The notes beneath the pieces are model-generated. The model was not told the DNA's origin. It searched no databases and was given only the letters and a program-made list of their open reading frames with translations. From Gammaproteobacteria bacterium (GTDB lineage: Bacteria > Pseudomonadota > Gammaproteobacteria > Chromatiales > Chromatiaceae): 64,000 bases of DNA. Each line of letters opens with the position of its first letter. The first letter of the stretch is position 1. Shown here one piece after another: positions 61,501 to 64,000 of the stretch. The position numbers and the translations under genes were made by a program. Where the stretch lies: positions 3,197 through 67,196 of the forward strand of contig JAHDBG010000001.1 of the NCBI GenBank assembly GCA_020630515.1. The letters run 5' to 3'.

Positions 61501-64000
61501 GATTTGCAGTGTGCGAAGGTGTCCAGAAAGATACTGGCAGCCGTATCGTCAGCCAGTTCTGTGGCAGGCAGAATGGAGGCGATGGAAGACTCCAGTATCC
61601 GGAACTCGGGAAAATACGGCTGCAACACCGCATCCAGTACCCGCGTGCCCTGCATCGTGATGGCTAACACATGATCTGTGTCTGTCTTCGTTCTCGCACC
61701 CTGCACGACACCGTTGATCTGGCCAAACCTGGTGAAGGTCTGCGCCACGACCTCTTCCATTTGTGCCTGATCGGTCACATCAGCCTGGATGGGCAGCACG
61801 GTTGCCCCCAGCGCCTCCAGTGCCTGTATCTGGCGAGCATGCTGGCTGATGTCGTCAGACATGATCAGCGTCAGCCTGGCCTGTACCTGTTGGGCCAGAT
61901 ATCGGGCGGCGACAAGAGCAAGCCCGGACAGATTGCCAGTGATCAGATACACACCGCCTGTCCGTAAACACGGGGCCTGCGCAGACTCTGTCAGCCGGAC
62001 CGGCTCAAAGAAGGGTACCCAGCGGTGTCTGCCGCGATACGCGACGACAGGATCAGATGTACTGCTACCCGTCAGCTCCGTCAGCAACTGCCTGACCACA
62101 GGCTGTTGTTGCTGACTTTCCGCCTCAGGCAAAATAATATCGATGTTACGGCAGTGAATGTTGGGATATTCGGTCGGAATGACCCGAACTGGCCCCAATA
62201 TCGTGGACTTTTCAGCAGATAGCGGTTCTTCCCCGGTCACGCTCCGGAGATGATTAGAAACAACCACAATCTGAACCTGAGAGGCAGCATCATCAGAACC
62301 CTGACTCTGGTTGCCGGATGCCTGTGCCAGATACCACAGGCTGTCAAACCCACTTGCCTGCTGACGCGCCATCCACTCCGGATCAGACCGGATGGTGGAC
62401 GTAAGGCTCCACAAATGCACGATCGTGCCGGGCTTCCTGCCTGCATGACGCCATTCGCTGATCAATCGTTGGTAATCATCCGGCTGTTGCGGATTCAGAG
62501 TGTAGGCACGTTCATTGATTTTTTCGAAGCCCACCCCGATTTGCACCTGAATGACCTCCTGTCCCGACTGTTCCAGCGCTTGGCGTAATTCAGTCCCCAC
62601 CCCACAATCATCCATGAACAACACATACCCGGATGGCACAGAGTTGTTTACTGCGCCTGTCAAGGTTGATTGCTTCCATGCCGGCCGATAAAACCAGTCG
62701 GCCAGATCGGTCTTGCGCTGTGTCTCCCGGGACAACTGTTTTTTATTTGGGGCCTTAAATAGCTGGCGTTCATAAGGATAGGTCGGTAAGGGCAAACGGT
62801 AACGTGCTTCGTGCTGATAAAACCCTCGCCAGTCAACGGTGCCACCCGCCTGCCACAGCTGCCCCAACGTGTTCAGTAAGAACGCGACATCTGATTGCGT
62901 CTTGCGGGGATGATGCAGGGAAGCGAGGATCACCTGGCCTGCTAATCCTGCCTGCGTTGGGACAACCTCAGGATGTTGTTTCGCCAGCGTACACAGGGTG
63001 TTGCCAGGACCTACCTCTAACCAGATTTGTTCAGGCTCTGCCGATAAAGTGTGAATCCCATCCGAGAAACGCACCGGTTGCCGCAGATGCCTGGCCCAAT
63101 AAGCAGGGTCCGTGGCCTCTGTTGCCGTTATCCAGGTACCGGTGACATTAGACAGGAACGGAATTTGTGGTGCGTGCCGCGAAACCTGTTGCACTTCTGC
63201 CATGAACGCGCCCATCATCGGCTCCATCATCTGGGAATGGAACGCATGGGACGTATGCAATAGACGATGTGGCGTCCCGGTGGAGCACAGTCTTGCCTGC
63301 AATTCGTCTATCGCCTGCGGCAGGCCTGAGACAACTGAAATAGCAGGGCCATTGCTCGCAGCCAGCGAAAGACCCAGTCCGGCTAATGCCTCAACTTCAT
63401 CAGCAGGTAACGATACCACCAGCATCTTGCCTGCCGGTAATTCCTGCATCATCTTGCCACGCACACAGACCAGCCGGAGTGCGTCTGCGAGATCAAAGAC
63501 ACCCGCCAGCGTGGCCGCTACATATTCGCCAATACTGTGACCGATCATCGCCTTCGGTCGGACTCCCCAGGCCATCCACAACTGAGCTAACGCATACTCA
63601 ATGACAAACAGGGCCGGTTGGGTAACAGCGGTCTGTCGTAGCTGCTGGCGGGCGGCATCAACTTGTTCAACATCGGGGTATAAAATATGACGCAAATCAA
63701 GCCCTGACAGAGGCAGCAGAATGGTTGAACAATGATCAATCTGTGCGCGGAATGTGGGTTCTGTCTCATACAGTTCACGCCCCATATTCACATATTGCGC
63801 CCCTTGCCCCGAGAACATAAAGGTCACGGGGCGGCTGGCAGACGCCGGATAAGCAGCCTGTCCAGTGGCCGAGGCTAACGAGGAGATTGCCTCATGCACA
63901 TCACGACACACCAGAATGCGCCGATGAGTAAAGCCCTCACGACCGACCTGTAGCGTATAGGCCACATCCGCGAGATTGATCTCCGGGTTTGCTTTGCAAT
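58569..64000 (-). CDS. Hybrid PKS/NRPS megasynthase, 3' portion: AT, KR-like, PCP-type carrier, sulfotransferase, condensation domain. The 5' end lies beyond the window.
   Basis: The frame stays open to the window edge; upstream codons read ...CKANPEINLADVAYTLQVGRE, a KS-AT linker. Domain motifs are listed in the five domain features below. Confidence 0.9.
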   Translation of the reverse strand, partial: CKANPEINLADVAYTLQVGREGFTHRRILVCRDVHEAISSLASATGQAAYPASASRPVTFMFSGQGAQYVNMGRELYETEPTFRAQIDHCSTILLPLSGLDLRHILYPDVEQVDAARQQLRQTAVTQPALFVIEYALAQLWMAWGVRPKAMIGHSIGEYVAATLAGVFDLADALRLVCVRGKMMQELPAGKMLVVSLPADEVEALAGLGLSLAASNGPAISVVSGLPQAIDELQARLCSTGTPHRLLHTSHAFHSQMMEPMMGAFMAEVQQVSRHAPQIPFLSNVTGTWITATEATDPAYWARHLRQPVRFSDGIHTLSAEPEQIWLEVGPGNTLCTLAKQHPEVVPTQAGLAGQVILASLHHPRKTQSDVAFLLNTLGQLWQAGGTVDWRGFYQHEARYRLPLPTYPYERQLFKAPNKKQLSRETQRKTDLADWFYRPAWKQSTLTGAVNNSVPSGYVLFMDDCGVGTELRQALEQSGQEVIQVQIGVGFEKINERAYTLNPQQPDDYQRLISEWRHAGRKPGTIVHLWSLTSTIRSDPEWMARQQASGFDSLWYLAQASGNQSQGSDDAASQVQIVVVSNHLRSVTGEEPLSAEKSTILGPVRVIPTEYPNIHCRNIDIILPEAESQQQQPVVRQLLTELTGSSTSDPVVAYRGRHRWVPFFEPVRLTESAQAPCLRTGGVYLITGNLSGLALVAARYLAQQVQARLTLIMSDDISQHARQIQALEALGATVLPIQADVTDQAQMEEVVAQTFTRFGQINGVVQGARTKTDTDHVLAITMQGTRVLDAVLQPYFPEFRILESSIASILPATELADDTAASIFLDTFAHCKSHDDETLVLAVNWSAWRDIRCTEQEAPSDSEQAELFSRILRATWPQVIISGQDLQASIEAHACPVLSSQPAAEDDAPAKSGYERPILAQAYSAPRDKLEQFVADIWQDFFGIEAIGIHDDFFELGGHSLSAMRLTNTLQEALGEIVQIAAIFSAPTVAELACYLKQHYRDAAAQVSGIEFASDATAEPLTSGIDATKVAQARQTLPSWLDDSKRFPTKNPPAVFVLAPNRSGTTLLRVMLGGHPQLFSPPTLSLLRFETLAQRKEVARFSLEGTIRALMQVHDCDGAEATRLMQKYEQQQLTTQEFYRVLQQAIGQQILVDKTSSYALYPDALARAEMYFENARYIHLVRHPYGMIHSFEKARFDLLGNRFGKDNEFTRREIAELTWLISQQNILNFFEQIPAHRQHRLRFEDLVQDPHNAAQGICQFLNIDFDTEMLEPHKDKKTRMTDGIHSGSRQIGDPKFHQHKRIDPGVADKWKETYQVDFLGDITWQMAERFGYQRITDLAETRQKGAVSQRTEPIQPVPRDRQIPLSFAQERLWSWQQLAGESVSYKISKFRHLSGPLNVEALEKSLSFLVHRHEGLRTTFPVVDGQAIQRIHPAENVSLPLVDLQGLSQADQAREIRRLKHDNANHPFDLAQGPLFRITLLRLDAQEHILLSTFHHIITDGWSRRRLFRELSVLYADFSQGRPASLPGLSLQYADFAYWQRHTLQGDVLTRSLGYWKEHLGGEIPVLTFPQDYPQPAQPSFRGEKQSAYLTKPLMAALRQLSQQENSTLFMTMLTAFKALLCHKTGQEDIIIGSPNAGRTRAGVEDIFGYFVSPLVLRTTLQGDLTFRDLLHRVRQVVLGAYTHQEVPFEKVMAELHPQRDLNREPVFTVWFNMVNLEKHPLRLPGLTVEPITFTNHQTSMFDFSLLVGEVDETEFNDHDSDADFRLKLTYKADLFQADRMVQLLAQYQKLLAQIITQPDSRLAELLSE
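58596..59918 (-). other. C-terminal condensation domain
   Basis: LSFAQERLW is present. The core HHIITDGWS has its His-His codons at 59511-59516. The protein ends after this domain, with no A domain following. Confidence 0.85.
59991..60848 (-). other. Embedded sulfotransferase domain
   Basis: The 5'-PSB-like loop is VLAPNRSGTTLL, and the 3'-PB-like block is YIHLVRHPYGMIHS. Confidence 0.75.
61011..61223 (-). other. Carrier protein domain, NRPS PCP-type
   Basis: The motif DDFFELGGHSLSAMRL is present, with the phosphopantetheine Ser codon at 61119-61121. Confidence 0.85.
61476..61961 (-). other. Ketoreductase-like domain, apparently inactive
   Basis: The Rossmann motif reads TGNLSGLA instead of TGGLGGLG. 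By hand alignment the catalytic Lys position is Thr (ITMQGTRVL) and the catalytic Tyr position is Asp (ELADDTAAS versus GQxNYAAAN). Confidence 0.6.
62931..63827 (-). other. Acyltransferase domain, predicted malonyl-CoA specific
   Basis: FSGQGAQY is present. The active site is GHSIGEY, with the Ser codon at 63534-63536. The HAFH specificity motif is present. Confidence 0.85.

Overview
The window is a proteobacterial chromosomal segment. By gene order it is probably beta- or gamma-proteobacterial: bamB-der, ispE-tRNA(Gln)-prs-rplY-pth, and cobA-DUF2849-cysI-cysH-DUF934. Most of it is densely packed housekeeping: bamB, der, tRNA-Arg, xerD, acnB, the complete atpIBEFHAGDC operon, rnfE, an msrA/msrB fusion, lrp, mtaB, dnaG, hisC, hisD, accA, tilS, folD, pth, rplY, prs, tRNA-Gln, ispE, an AddB-like nuclease, a sulfite-assimilation cluster, lptE, ccmF and murJ. 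Three accessory parts stand out. (1) A sharply low-GC six-gene operon on the minus strand at 23020-29803. Hand counts of sampled 60-nt lines give about 27-42% GC there, against roughly 42-72% (mostly mid-50s) in sampled lines elsewhere. It encodes an ATP-grasp ligase, an HMGL-type aldolase, an aminotransferase, a P1B-like P-type ATPase without a CPx metal site, an O-methyltransferase and a degenerate HD hydrolase. I cannot assign it to a known pathway, and it is my best candidate for an undescribed system. (2) A second CPx-less P-type ATPase is operonic with a variant GTP cyclohydrolase I (32994-35853). It lies next to a low-GC block holding a methyltransferase-like gene plus mtnA-mtnB-mtnC, with no mtnD (36028-39180). 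(3) The 3' part of a hybrid PKS/NRPS cluster (53335-64000) has a terminal module reading AT, inactive-looking KR, PCP-type carrier, sulfotransferase, condensation domain. It is followed by a racemase and an ABC exporter, with an Sfp-type PPTase nearby. I found no CRISPR array, transposase or phage integrase. All calls rest on reading motifs in the supplied translations and DNA; no database search was run.
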